The notes under the pieces: generated by a model
What the model saw: only the letters and a program-made list of their open reading frames with translations
Database searches by the model: none
Told to the model about the DNA's origin: nothing
From: Nitrosarchaeum sp.
GTDB taxonomy: Archaea; Thermoproteota; Nitrososphaeria; Nitrososphaerales; Nitrosopumilaceae
DNA: 64,000 nucleotides
Reading direction: 5' to 3'
NCBI GenBank assembly: GCA_023264875.1
Contig: JAHFUX010000006.1
Location: 1,303 to 65,302 of the forward strand
Shown here: positions 17,951 to 27,587 of the stretch, one piece after another
How positions within the stretch are numbered: position 1 is the stretch's first letter
How the letters are laid out: the number at the start of each line of letters is the position of its first letter
Position numbers and translations under genes: made by a program

Positions 17951-20551
17951 ATGACTCCAAAAAAATCACTCTTCTTTCTTTTATCGCTAACACTGTTGCT
18001 AACTATACCATTACAAACTGCAACTGCCCAAAATCTTGAATCCCTATCTGATTATTCAATAAAACTTGTCATATCTCCTTCTCATATAGAAGAAGGTCCA
18101 TCTGAGCATCCTATAGGGTATCTCTATGTTCTAAGTAGAAGTGGAATCCCTATCACTTCTTCTAGGGATGTCTCAATTACATTAAGTTCTGATGATCCTC
18201 TGCTAGCATCAGTTCCTGAAAAAATTATTTTAAAAGCAAATGAAGAGTATGCATCATTTAATGTAACTACTGGAACTTTAACTGGAAATACAGTTATCAC
18301 TGCCACACTTAACTCAAAAACAACATTTCAAGAGATTCAGGTAGGTAATACCCAAACTCATCTGCCTGATGATTTGATTTTAGAATTGAATATTCCTACA
18401 GATGAAATGCATGTTAATTCTAAAATGCCATTTTCTGTTTATTTGAAAACTTCGGATGGCTATGTAATTCGTGCACCTTTTGATATTGATGTTAATTTAG
18501 AATATGAAAAATCATTGGCCATTCCAAATTCTGATATGTTGACCATAAAAAAGGGTGAATATTATGCGTGGGGAACACTTGAAACCAATGAAAAAGTTGG
18601 TAACACATTCTTGCGTGCAATTCAAAACGAATCTAATTTAGATACTGCAAAAAGTGTAAAAATCTCATCAACTCTTCCCACATCCTTAGCAATTGATGTC
18701 TTTCCAAAATTAATTACTGCTGAAGTTGAAAAAAAATTGGATATTTTTGTTAGCGTAGTTGATTCTGATGGAAATCCTACAATTACGCCTGAAGATATTG
18801 AATTGAATTTTTTCTCAAATGATCAATATTCTGTAGGTGATGAATTAGATAACACTATGAAAGAAATAAAGACCGTGATAAAAAAAGGACAATTCGGTTA
18901 TTATCTTAGACAAGACTTGAATCTTTCAAATTTGCTTGCCAATGATATTATGATTGGAGTTAGTGCTGAAGGATATGGCATTGCCACTGATACATTTTCA
19001 ACAGTAGGAAAATCTATCAATATCGATAATGATAAAATAACTGAAAAGGATGTACAACTCTTCATACCAGAAAGAATGCCTAGCAATGCAACTAGTATAG
19101 TGACTTATCAAATCAATGCAATAGAAAATGATGATGACGATGTGGATGAAGAGGGAAATCCAATAACTGATGAAACAGAAGATGCAGAAGATGATGATAA
19201 AATTATTTTATCTATGGATGATCTAGCTGATGGTGAATTTTATCCAATTCAAACAAATGAAAATTATTATGCCGATGGATATGTAAAAAAATTAGATGTC
19301 ATATCTGGAGATAATAATTTAATTACAGTTAAGAATATAGGAAAAATTGAAGTAGGTAATTCTTTTGGCACTGCCACTATCTCATCTGGACAAAAAAGTG
19401 GCACCGTTTTGATTTCTGCATCTGTACAAGGTGTGGGCTCTGATTCTATTTTAACTGAAGTTGTAAATACACTTGAACAAAAAGAAACACGAATTTTCTC
19501 CCCAACTGGTCAAGATAGTATATTGTTTGATCGTGATGGTAATTTTGATGTCTTTTTAATTGCAATTGACAGCCAAGATAGACCAAAAGTCTTGAAACAT
19601 GACTCAAAATATTTGATCACCCCCACTAATGGCATAATTGAAATTAAAAAGGACACTGCTTTTGCATTTTCTAAACTTCATAGTGATTCATTTACAATAA
19701 CTGAAGAAGAAAACCTGATCGACTTAAAAGTAGTTCCAATAGGAGAAGGTGCAAATTTATCATTGGAAACGGAAAAAACCTTTGTCACTCAACCATCATC
19801 AAAGATATTGGTAATACTTCCATTAGGTGAAATCAATGCAAATCATAACAATAACTTGGGTATTGTGCAAATTGTTGATCTTCAGGAAAATCCAATAATT
19901 CCTTTATTTGATGTTAAATCAAAAATTACTTCATCTGAAGAAAGCATAATTCAAGTAATTAATGATGCTGTGATCCCATCTGGACTTTCTTATGCTACAT
20001 TCCCAATTGAAACTACTGGAAAAATAGGCAATTCTATAATTTCAGCTAGTGCAAAAGGTGTGATTGGAACTAATTATGAAATAAGTACTGGTTCTTCATT
20101 AACACAATTAAAAATATTCACTAGTGGACTGGATGAGTTAATACCAGTTGATAAGCCAGTTGAGATTAAACTGTTTATAGATGATGAAAATGCCGAATCT
20201 GTTGCAGGTGCATCAATTAAAATAGAAACTGATGGAAATTCTCTAGTTAATCCAGATGTGATTAGAACTGGTCCTGATGGCAGTGCTGTTGTCAGCTTAA
20301 CTGCAACAAATGGTCCTAGTATCTCGTTAAATCTTATTGCAACTGCTGAAGGATATTCAGAAGGAAAGGACACATTAACAATCAATGTTGATTCCCCAGA
20401 CAAAACTTTGAACGCTGTAGATCTTCAATTACCTGAATGGATTGTTTATGTAATTATTGCAGCAATACTTTTGATAGGTATTCTAGTTGTATTATTCTTA
20501 AAAAAATCAAAAGTACCATTAGAAGAAGAATGGGAAGAAGAAGAAATTTAA
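17951..20551 (+). CDS. Large membrane-anchored cell-surface protein with Ig-like repeats
   Basis: N-terminal signal peptide, beta-rich repeats, acidic D/E tract, C-terminal TM helix, then KKSK and an acidic tail. Confidence 0.8.
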   Translation: MTPKKSLFFLLSLTLLLTIPLQTATAQNLESLSDYSIKLVISPSHIEEGPSEHPIGYLYVLSRSGIPITSSRDVSITLSSDDPLLASVPEKIILKANEEYASFNVTTGTLTGNTVITATLNSKTTFQEIQVGNTQTHLPDDLILELNIPTDEMHVNSKMPFSVYLKTSDGYVIRAPFDIDVNLEYEKSLAIPNSDMLTIKKGEYYAWGTLETNEKVGNTFLRAIQNESNLDTAKSVKISSTLPTSLAIDVFPKLITAEVEKKLDIFVSVVDSDGNPTITPEDIELNFFSNDQYSVGDELDNTMKEIKTVIKKGQFGYYLRQDLNLSNLLANDIMIGVSAEGYGIATDTFSTVGKSINIDNDKITEKDVQLFIPERMPSNATSIVTYQINAIENDDDDVDEEGNPITDETEDAEDDDKIILSMDDLADGEFYPIQTNENYYADGYVKKLDVISGDNNLITVKNIGKIEVGNSFGTATISSGQKSGTVLISASVQGVGSDSILTEVVNTLEQKETRIFSPTGQDSILFDRDGNFDVFLIAIDSQDRPKVLKHDSKYLITPTNGIIEIKKDTAFAFSKLHSDSFTITEEENLIDLKVVPIGEGANLSLETEKTFVTQPSSKILVILPLGEINANHNNNLGIVQIVDLQENPIIPLFDVKSKITSSEESIIQVINDAVIPSGLSYATFPIETTGKIGNSIISASAKGVIGTNYEISTGSSLTQLKIFTSGLDELIPVDKPVEIKLFIDDENAESVAGASIKIETDGNSLVNPDVIRTGPDGSAVVSLTATNGPSISLNLIATAEGYSEGKDTLTINVDSPDKTLNAVDLQLPEWIVYVIIAAILLIGILVVLFLKKSKVPLEEEWEEEEI

Positions 20552-20658
20552 TTCCAATAAAATTTCCTTTATTTTTTTAATCACGTAAAAACAAAATATT
20601 GCTCATTTGATTACAACATATCAATAATACTGATAAATAATTGATGTTACATATTCAT

Positions 20659-20760
20659 TCACAGATTCTCAGAATGATGATATTCAAGACGATGATCATG
20701 GTGATGATCATGACAATTACAAGAACAACAAGAAAAATAACGGTTAATGCCTACTCCCAT
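20659..20760 (-). CDS. 33-aa Cys/His-rich micro-peptide (metallothionein-like candidate)
   Basis: Manual translation MGVGINRYFSCCSCNCHDHHHDHRLEYHHSENL*; TATAAA 30 nt upstream of ATG. Confidence 0.55.
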   Translation of the reverse strand: MGVGINRYFSCCSCNCHDHHHDHRLEYHHSENL

Positions 20761-20924
20761 CTTTTTATTTTCAATTTGATTGAATTTATAGATCTAATTT
20801 GATATTCTCAATTTTAAGTAGAACGTAATTTTATCTTCAGAATTGTCTTTTCTATCTGATATTTCTTATTTCATTTTATTACAATTTGATATAGAGATAT
20901 TATGTTGTGATAATTTTGTATTAA

Positions 20925-21812
20925 TTGATGATATCTGTTTGGTTAAGAGTAATACGTGTTAGATTTCTTTTAGCCTCTGTTATTGCTGTATCACTTGGGC
21001 TTGCAATAAATTGGCGTCAAAATTTCACTATTGATCCACTTGATACTGTTTTGACATTTGCTGGTGTTATGGCACTTCATGCTAGTGTTGATCTGTTAAA
21101 TGATTATTGGGATTACAAAAGAGGAATTGATACGGTAACAAAAAGAACTAAAATGAGTGGCGGAACTGGCGTTTTACCTGAAGGACTACTAAAACCATCA
21201 TCTGTTTACCGTGCTGGACTTGGATTTTTGATATTAGGTTCTGTAATTGGATTTTATTTTGTATTAACTGATGGGATAATTATTGCAGTGATTCTGGGAT
21301 TTGCAATTTTATCTATTTATTTTTACTCTACTAAAATCGTGGACTCTGGGCTAGCAGAATTTTTTGTTGCAGTTAAGGGCACTATGATTGTACTTGGAAC
21401 ATATTTTATCCAATCAAATCACATGACAATTGAATCCCTTTTAGGTGGAATAGTTGTAGGTGTTTTATCATCGCTTGTTCTTTTTATTGCATCATTTCCT
21501 GATCATGATGCAGACAAATCTAAAGGAAGAAAAACTCTAGTTATTGTAGTTGGCAAACAAAAGGCAACAACTCTGTTTTGGATGTTTCCTACAATATCCT
21601 ATTCTTTGATTATCCTTGGTGTTTCTATTGGTATTTTTCCAATCTTGTCTTTTATCACATTGTTTAGCATTCCATTAGTGATAAAGGCAGGAATAGGTTT
21701 GAAGAAAAATTTTGATTCTGTAAATGAACTCGTACCTTTTATGTCTTCCACACTGATGTTTAGTAGGATTACTGGTGCCTTGTTTGTACTTAGTTTTTTG
21801 CCTAGTTTCTAA
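20925..21812 (+). CDS. menA: UbiA-family prenyltransferase, MenA-like
   Basis: LLNDYWDYKRGID and ASFPDHDADKSKGRKTL Asp-rich motifs; multiple TM helices. Confidence 0.85.
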   Translation: MMISVWLRVIRVRFLLASVIAVSLGLAINWRQNFTIDPLDTVLTFAGVMALHASVDLLNDYWDYKRGIDTVTKRTKMSGGTGVLPEGLLKPSSVYRAGLGFLILGSVIGFYFVLTDGIIIAVILGFAILSIYFYSTKIVDSGLAEFFVAVKGTMIVLGTYFIQSNHMTIESLLGGIVVGVLSSLVLFIASFPDHDADKSKGRKTLVIVVGKQKATTLFWMFPTISYSLIILGVSIGIFPILSFITLFSIPLVIKAGIGLKKNFDSVNELVPFMSSTLMFSRITGALFVLSFLPSF

Positions 21813-21856
21813 TTTTGATGCTCTAGACATAAATTCAGTGTTGATTGATATTTTTT

Positions 21857-22957
21857 ATGATTTCAGGCTTTGCTACATCTGATGGAACAAAAAAATTCCT
21901 TAAAAATTCAAACATAAATTCATTAAATTTTAAGCAAATTCACAATCTCACATTGTCTAATGTCGGTGTCGGTACATATCTTGGAGAAGCAGATGAGAAG
22001 ACAGATGAACTTGTAAAAAACGCAGTTAAACAATCTATTTTATCTGGAATTAATGTAATTGATACTGCCATTAACTATAGAGCACAAAAAGCAGAGCGTT
22101 CTGTAGGAAAGGCAATTTCTGAATTAATTAGTGAAGGAAAAATTTCACGTGATCAAATTTTTATTAGTACAAAAAATGGCTATATCACAAATGATGCTGA
22201 TATAAAACAAGAATTCTGGGAATACATCAAAAGTGAATACACGCAAAAAGGAGTGTTAAAAGAAGGTGATGTAACATCTGGCTATCATTGCATGACTGTT
22301 GCATATCTTGATGACCAGCTAGAACGTAGTTTAAGGAATTTGGGATTGGATTGCATTGATTTGATGTATTTACATAATGCTGTAGAAGGTCAAATCAAAG
22401 ACGTTTCAAAAGAAAAGTTTTTGGAAAATCTCAAATCTGTCTTTGAATTATATGAACAAAAAAGAAAAGAAGGAAAGATCAAATTTTACGGCATGGCCAC
22501 TTGGGAATGTTTTCGTGTATCTTCTGATAATCCACAATATCTATCATTACAAGATACAATTGAATTGGCCAAAAAAGTTGGAGGTGAGAATCATGGATTT
22601 AGATTCATTCAACTTCCATTCAATATGCATTATGATCAAGCACTACTTGCAAAAAATCAAACACTTGATGGAATACTTGTCTCTGTATTAGAAGCTGCAG
22701 TCAAATTAAACATTGGAGTATTTACAAGTGTGCCATTAATGCAAGGAAGATTATTAGCTCCTGGTGCAATGCCTGAATTCAATGACCTAAAACCCTCACT
22801 TCGTGCATTACAGTTTATTCGTTCATCGCCAGGTGTTTTGGCTCCACTTGTAGGGCAAAAGTCTTCTGAACATGTTTCTGAAAATCTGGAGATAATGAAA
22901 ATTCCTCCAATGCCTGAAGATGAATTTCTTGCATTAGTCAAGAAACTAACATTATAA
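21857..22957 (+). CDS. Aldo/keto reductase
   Basis: GVGTY, INVIDTA.NY, STKNGY, CIDLMYLHN. Confidence 0.92.
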   Translation: MISGFATSDGTKKFLKNSNINSLNFKQIHNLTLSNVGVGTYLGEADEKTDELVKNAVKQSILSGINVIDTAINYRAQKAERSVGKAISELISEGKISRDQIFISTKNGYITNDADIKQEFWEYIKSEYTQKGVLKEGDVTSGYHCMTVAYLDDQLERSLRNLGLDCIDLMYLHNAVEGQIKDVSKEKFLENLKSVFELYEQKRKEGKIKFYGMATWECFRVSSDNPQYLSLQDTIELAKKVGGENHGFRFIQLPFNMHYDQALLAKNQTLDGILVSVLEAAVKLNIGVFTSVPLMQGRLLAPGAMPEFNDLKPSLRALQFIRSSPGVLAPLVGQKSSEHVSENLEIMKIPPMPEDEFLALVKKLTL

Positions 22958-23036
22958 TCTCACGCGTATTTCTTCTTTCAAATAATTAATGCTATAGAAA
23001 GATAATAAATGGGTCCCTTGAAATTATAATCAGAAT

Positions 23037-23402
23037 TTGTCATCTAAGATTTTTGATTATCAAAAAATTTGTAAATCTATTTTGTCAATAGATCCAAAAA
23101 TTAGATTTGCTGGAGTGATTAATCAGCGGGGCAGACTAGTTGCAGGTGGAATGAAAGAAAATGTAGTTCCACTAGAAAATGAAAAAGATGATGAGATGCT
23201 CTTTATGGAACTTGCATTAAGAGTAACAATGAGAAAAGAATTCGATAAGCAGCTAGGTCGTGTAAATTTTGCGTTAGCATCAAGAGAACGTGCATTGGCA
23301 ATTAGTTTTTTAATTAATGATGATATTTTGTATGTAGTTTCAGAACCTGATGCTGATTATGGTATGCTTCCAAAGAAAATACTGCAAATCATTCACTCAT
23401 AA
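23037..23402 (+). CDS. Thaumarchaeal roadblock/profilin-like small protein
   Basis: IRFAGVI...G.LVAGG...LFMELALR..MRKEFD.QLG.V pattern. Confidence 0.7.
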   Translation: MSSKIFDYQKICKSILSIDPKIRFAGVINQRGRLVAGGMKENVVPLENEKDDEMLFMELALRVTMRKEFDKQLGRVNFALASRERALAISFLINDDILYVVSEPDADYGMLPKKILQIIHS

Positions 23403-23467
23403 TTTCTAATTTGATCTTTTTCTCATTTTCTACATATCTATAAATAGAATTGATCAGTGAAAAATTT

Positions 23468-23614
23468 GTGCCAGTAGATCCTGTTTGTGGAATTGAACTT
23501 GCTGAAGAATTAGCTGTCACACATGATTATGAAGGAAAAAAACTCTTTTTTTGTTGCAATGGGTGCAGAAAAATTTTCATAAGAAAACCAAAAAAATGGA
23601 AAAAAAATATCTAG
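23468..23614 (+). CDS. YHS/TRASH domain protein (48 aa)
   Basis: Manual translation MPVDPVCGIEL...YEGKKLFFCCNGCRKIF..KPKKW. Confidence 0.85.
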   Translation: MPVDPVCGIELAEELAVTHDYEGKKLFFCCNGCRKIFIRKPKKWKKNI

Positions 23615-24552
23615 ATAGGAAAAGCGCCACACATACGACAAAATTTTGAATTTTCTACATTGAAATTACAATAAGGACAAGAACTGATTCCTTGCTTTTC
23701 TGGTATTCCATACAAATTCCTGTAAATTTTGTAATAATGCATGGATTCTTTTGTTCTAATTATTACTCCATTTGTTTCTTCTATTTCCTTTTTATTTTCT
23801 AAAAATACTTTATCGTTTATCACTGAATCAAATAAATTTGAAAGACCTCCAGTTCCAGAACCATCTTGCATAGGTGATTTTTCTCTCCAAACAATTTGTG
23901 TTGGTATGTTTTTCTCAAATGTTTTACGGAGAATCCATTTTCCATATCTTTTTTCTCCTTCGTTTCTTATCTTGAGATCTACTGGAATTGTCTTTGAAAA
24001 TTCTATTATTTTTTCATCAAGAAATGGTGATTCAATCATAATTCCAAGTGCTTTACCTATTTTCTGAGTTGGAAAATGCATTATAGAACATACTCTTTGA
24101 ATCTCGCTTTCTAGTTCCTCTTTTGGTTTGTTTATCAAAAAATTATACCCTGCAAATAATTCGTCTGCTCCATCTCCTGTTATTATCCCCGTACTATTTT
24201 GCTCCTTTGCCCACTTTATTGCAAGATACATCACTACATTATTTCTAATTTCTATGTCGTTAAAGTTTTTTAGAATTTTTATTGTCTCTTCTATTGCACT
24301 TAGAATATCTGCGGTGCTTACTTGATTAATTGTTAATGGTATGTTAAATTCCTTTGAAACTCTCTGACAATATGTAAGATCACTTGCAACAAAGTCTTTT
24401 GCTATAATTGCAACTGTCTGTGGTTTTCGTTCTTTCAGAAAATGTGCTATTACTGTACTATCTAATCCTCCTGATAATGCTATTGTATTTGATTTGCATG
24501 ACTCACATGATTCTTTTAACATCTGATACAATTTTTTGGAAATGTTCTCCAA
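23611..24552 (-). CDS. Asparagine synthase C-terminal-like PP-loop ATPase with terminal Zn ribbon
   Basis: ALSGGLDS, TGDGADELFAGY, CPYC..CRMC; no N-terminal glutaminase domain. Confidence 0.85.
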   Translation of the reverse strand: MENISKKLYQMLKESCESCKSNTIALSGGLDSTVIAHFLKERKPQTVAIIAKDFVASDLTYCQRVSKEFNIPLTINQVSTADILSAIEETIKILKNFNDIEIRNNVVMYLAIKWAKEQNSTGIITGDGADELFAGYNFLINKPKEELESEIQRVCSIMHFPTQKIGKALGIMIESPFLDEKIIEFSKTIPVDLKIRNEGEKRYGKWILRKTFEKNIPTQIVWREKSPMQDGSGTGGLSNLFDSVINDKVFLENKKEIEETNGVIIRTKESMHYYKIYRNLYGIPEKQGISSCPYCNFNVENSKFCRMCGAFPI

Positions 24553-24669
24553 TGTCTCAATTATATTTTTGAAACTAAAATAGGTTAGCCTAATGAATTG
24601 ACTGATTTACACTTTAGGCAACTTTACTCATTGCAAACTTTAAATCCCTTATCCAAACTTTGTGTGTTA

Positions 24670-25086
24670 ATGTTACTTCCAGCAGAAATAGAATCAAAAA
24701 CATTGATTCCTGCATTAAGAGCAATTCTTGCTAAAAAACTAGCAGAAGATCATAGTGTTCGTGAAGATGAAATCTCAAAAATGCTTGGTGTTACACAAGC
24801 AGCTATAAGCAATTACATTCGTGGAACACGTGGTGATCCATCTTTGATTGCAAAACTTTTGGCAGAAAAACAAGTTTCTACTCTTATCAATGAACTAACT
24901 GACAATCTTTCATCCGATATGGCATATACTCCATCCAGTCTTTCAAAATTTATTGGTCTTTGTAATTACATAAAATCAAGTTTGTTGATTTGTGAAATTC
25001 ATCACAATCTTGAATCAAACATTGATGAAAAAGTTTGCAAAGAATGTGAAAATATGCTTCTAAAAGGTCCTGGAAGCGTTTACTAG
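24670..25086 (+). CDS. HTH transcriptional regulator (archaeal ThiN/XRE-like)
   Basis: LPAEIE...IPALRA.LA..L...EISKMLGVTQAAISNY..G.RG; start placed at ATG 24670. Confidence 0.8.
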   Translation: MLLPAEIESKTLIPALRAILAKKLAEDHSVREDEISKMLGVTQAAISNYIRGTRGDPSLIAKLLAEKQVSTLINELTDNLSSDMAYTPSSLSKFIGLCNYIKSSLLICEIHHNLESNIDEKVCKECENMLLKGPGSVY

Positions 25087-25397
25087 ATTTTAAGTAAAAT
25101 AATTTCAATATTTGAAGTCATTCTTCCAATACCTGCCGCAGCTTCAGTGTCCAGTTTTATTTTTTGAACTTTGGAATTACCATGTAGCATCTTTTCTGTT
25201 ATAATGTTTGCCACTGCAACTGCATTTGGAATTGAATTGCCAACTGCTCTAAGAATTACTTTCTTTTTATTTCCCAATATAGGCAGGAGCTCTATAGCTG
25301 ATTGCATAACTGGTTCGTTTCTAATGTAAACTATGGTTTCCTCAGATTTGTTGATCTGCTCTTGACCATATTCTTCGTTAATCTCTTCCATGAGCAT
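25083..25397 (-). CDS. albA: Alba DNA/RNA-binding protein
   Basis: IYI...P...V.LRAVG.SI..AV.VA...S.IEI.L. Confidence 0.85.
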   Translation of the reverse strand: MLMEEINEEYGQEQINKSEETIVYIRNEPVMQSAIELLPILGNKKKVILRAVGNSIPNAVAVANIITEKMLHGNSKVQKIKLDTEAAAGIGRMTSNIEIILLKI

Positions 25398-25452
25398 TAT
25401 TCAATAATTCGCAATTTTGTGTTCTATTAAGTTTTATCGACGATTGATTCAC

Positions 25453-25968
25453 TTAATCAAAATAATCGATTGGTATGTTTTGATAATCTCCATTTGGGAG
25501 TACTCTTCTAATGGTGATTGGGATTACTCTTTGTTCTAATTCCTCCATTGCAATATCTAGTGATATTCTTGCAGTTTTTGGAATTGGAATAAATGGTGGT
25601 GCCCCTAGTGATAACTGTAATGCTCTTGCTCCCATAATTCTTGCTTTTTCAAATCTTGTTAATGTTGGTGGTCCAATTGTGATCTTATTTTTTTCACAAG
25701 GAATTTCCATCGGTTCATGTTCTTCAATTGTTTCTACAACTTCTCGTGATTCAATCTCTTTAATTCTTTTTTCTAGTGCCTCTTGTTGTTTTTCCGTTAG
25801 TGGTTCTAGACCTTCATTTTTTTCAATTAATTTTCGATAAGTATCTAATGCTTTGTTTAAACCAGTGTTTACCTCTACATCCCCGTCAAAAATTTCCTCA
25901 GTTTCTACAACTTCTACATATTCTTCTGGTTCTTCTACAATTAGTTCCGCTTCATTAGCATCAGACAA
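25453..25968 (-). CDS. rpoK: DNA-directed RNA polymerase subunit K/Rpo6 with acidic N-terminal extension
   Basis: LTRFEKARIMGARALQLSLGAPP...IA.EEL....IPITIRR; probable TTG start at 25968. Confidence 0.95.
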   Translation of the reverse strand: MSDANEAELIVEEPEEYVEVVETEEIFDGDVEVNTGLNKALDTYRKLIEKNEGLEPLTEKQQEALEKRIKEIESREVVETIEEHEPMEIPCEKNKITIGPPTLTRFEKARIMGARALQLSLGAPPFIPIPKTARISLDIAMEELEQRVIPITIRRVLPNGDYQNIPIDYFD

Positions 25969-26020
25969 GTACACAATTTCTCTCAAAGCGTTATATAATC
26001 CAATAATTCTAAAGTACAAA

Positions 26021-26407
26021 TTGAGTTTATCATCAGTCTCAAGAAAACAGATAATCTTGGAAATTAAAGGAAAAGCAAAGATCCAATGTGATCTAAAACG
26101 ACATTTGTCACCAAGAACTGTCGGTACAATAATGAGATCTTTGCCATTGGAGGGACATGCTCATTTTCTAGGAAAAAGTATAGCATACTTTGAAACTATA
26201 GTTGATTCTGGAATTGAAAGATCTACAAAAGAATTCAAAAAAGGAGACATTGCATTTTTATCATCTGCTGGAAGTATTTGCTTTTTTATTGATGATGCTT
26301 CACCTGGAAAAATAATGACTCCAATTGGAAAAATATTAGGAAACATTGATGCACTAAAAAATGTGAAACCTGGAGATGTTTTTTGTCTCTATGAGGAAAC
26401 TGCTTGA
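26021..26407 (+). CDS. Cyclophilin-like fold protein (DUF369 type)
   Basis: P.TV..I...LPL; GIER....FKKGDIAF....GSICFF; TTATATAA 30 nt upstream of TTG 26021. Confidence 0.8.
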   Translation: MSLSSVSRKQIILEIKGKAKIQCDLKRHLSPRTVGTIMRSLPLEGHAHFLGKSIAYFETIVDSGIERSTKEFKKGDIAFLSSAGSICFFIDDASPGKIMTPIGKILGNIDALKNVKPGDVFCLYEETA

Positions 26408-26709
26408 TATATGCGATGACCGCTATATCCGCCAACACGTTTGACAAGCCCTTTCTTTGTTGATTCTATTAAAAATGCATTTGCTGCTGAAATTTTAACT
26501 CCTGTTTGTCTTGCAAGATCATGACATGTTACAACTTTTGAATTTTGAATTATTTTTATCGCTTCTTTTTCATTTACCATTACTGTAATCTCTGCTTTAC
26601 GTGGTCCGCCTTCCCCCTTGTCTTTTCTACCCTTTTTTGAATCCTTTGCATCTTTTGCACCTTGATTCTTTTCTTGTTTTGCCGCAGTTACTTTTTTCGT
26701 TCCACCCAT
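26389..26709 (-). CDS. rps25e: 30S ribosomal protein S25e
   Basis: VVTCHDLARQTGVKISAA..FL.E....GLVK.V Lys-rich wHTH. Confidence 0.9.
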   Translation of the reverse strand: MGGTKKVTAAKQEKNQGAKDAKDSKKGRKDKGEGGPRKAEITVMVNEKEAIKIIQNSKVVTCHDLARQTGVKISAANAFLIESTKKGLVKRVGGYSGHRIYQAVSS

Positions 26710-26843
26710 AATCTCAGAAAAAAATATTCCTCTTATAAACGATGTATACCACTTGAATCTAATCCTATTTTGTAAACCTGGTGTAGATCAAGCCATGTCT
26801 AGAAAATTTTCAAATATAAATAACATCTTGTTTATGCATAATC

Positions 26844-27056
26844 ATGGGTATTATTTCAAAAGGTGCTAAATGCAATGTCGAGGGCTGTGAAAAAGAGGGT
26901 GCTCGTTCATTAAACACCACCAAAGTAGAAAATGCAGGATTACATGTGAGTTCTGTAGGTAAAAAGACTGTTCTTTGTAAAGATCATTATAAAGAATGGA
27001 AAAAAGAATCTAAAGACGATAGAGACCTAGAACGCGCTCGTTTTGACAAGTTTTAA
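26844..27056 (+). CDS. Small conserved Zn-binding protein
   Basis: CNVEGC...LCKDHYKEWKK. Confidence 0.75.
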   Translation: MGIISKGAKCNVEGCEKEGARSLNTTKVENAGLHVSSVGKKTVLCKDHYKEWKKESKDDRDLERARFDKF

Positions 27057-27149
27057 TTTTTCTTTTTATTTCTGTATGTGCATGTGTTTTCAGATAATCT
27101 GATTGTAGTTTTTTATAAATTTAATACTGTAATTAATAGTGTTGATGAC

Positions 27150-27533
27150 GTGAACTCCAAAATTTTGGACATGATAATACTTGTACTTACTTCGTTATTT
27201 TTTATTGGGCTATTGGCATTTGAATATCATTCATTTGGGCTGGGAACTTCCATTTTGCCAATACCTGATCAATTTAAAGAATTTTTAGAGTTTTTGATAT
27301 GGCCAATTCTTGCACTGCTGACTCTTGATTTAATTCTCAAGTATAGGAAAATAAAGAATCCAAAAAAATTTGTAAAAAAATATTGGATTGATATTTTGAT
27401 GTTGGCATTAATTCCAATTTTTTCTGTATTCAAATTTTTAAAAATTGGTCTAGGTGTGATAAAACAATTAAAAACTATCAAAATGGGCGCCAAAGTATTT
27501 CATAAAACAAAAAAGATTTCTCAGAAAAAATAA
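27150..27533 (+). CDS. Small ion-transport / voltage-sensor-like membrane protein with no pore
   Basis: TM helices with LDLILKY, KKYWIDIL, FKFLKI...KQLKTIK; probable GTG start at 27150. Confidence 0.55.
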   Translation: MNSKILDMIILVLTSLFFIGLLAFEYHSFGLGTSILPIPDQFKEFLEFLIWPILALLTLDLILKYRKIKNPKKFVKKYWIDILMLALIPIFSVFKFLKIGLGVIKQLKTIKMGAKVFHKTKKISQKK

Positions 27534-27587
27534 TTTTTACATCGAATATCAAGTAAAACACACTCAAATGTTATGTCCTGCGAATGT

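Noticed and set aside
20674-20712. Repeated ATGATGA/GATGATCATG resembling C boxes or a short repeat array
   Set aside because: No D box; the repeats are explained by His/Asp codons of the minus-strand peptide.
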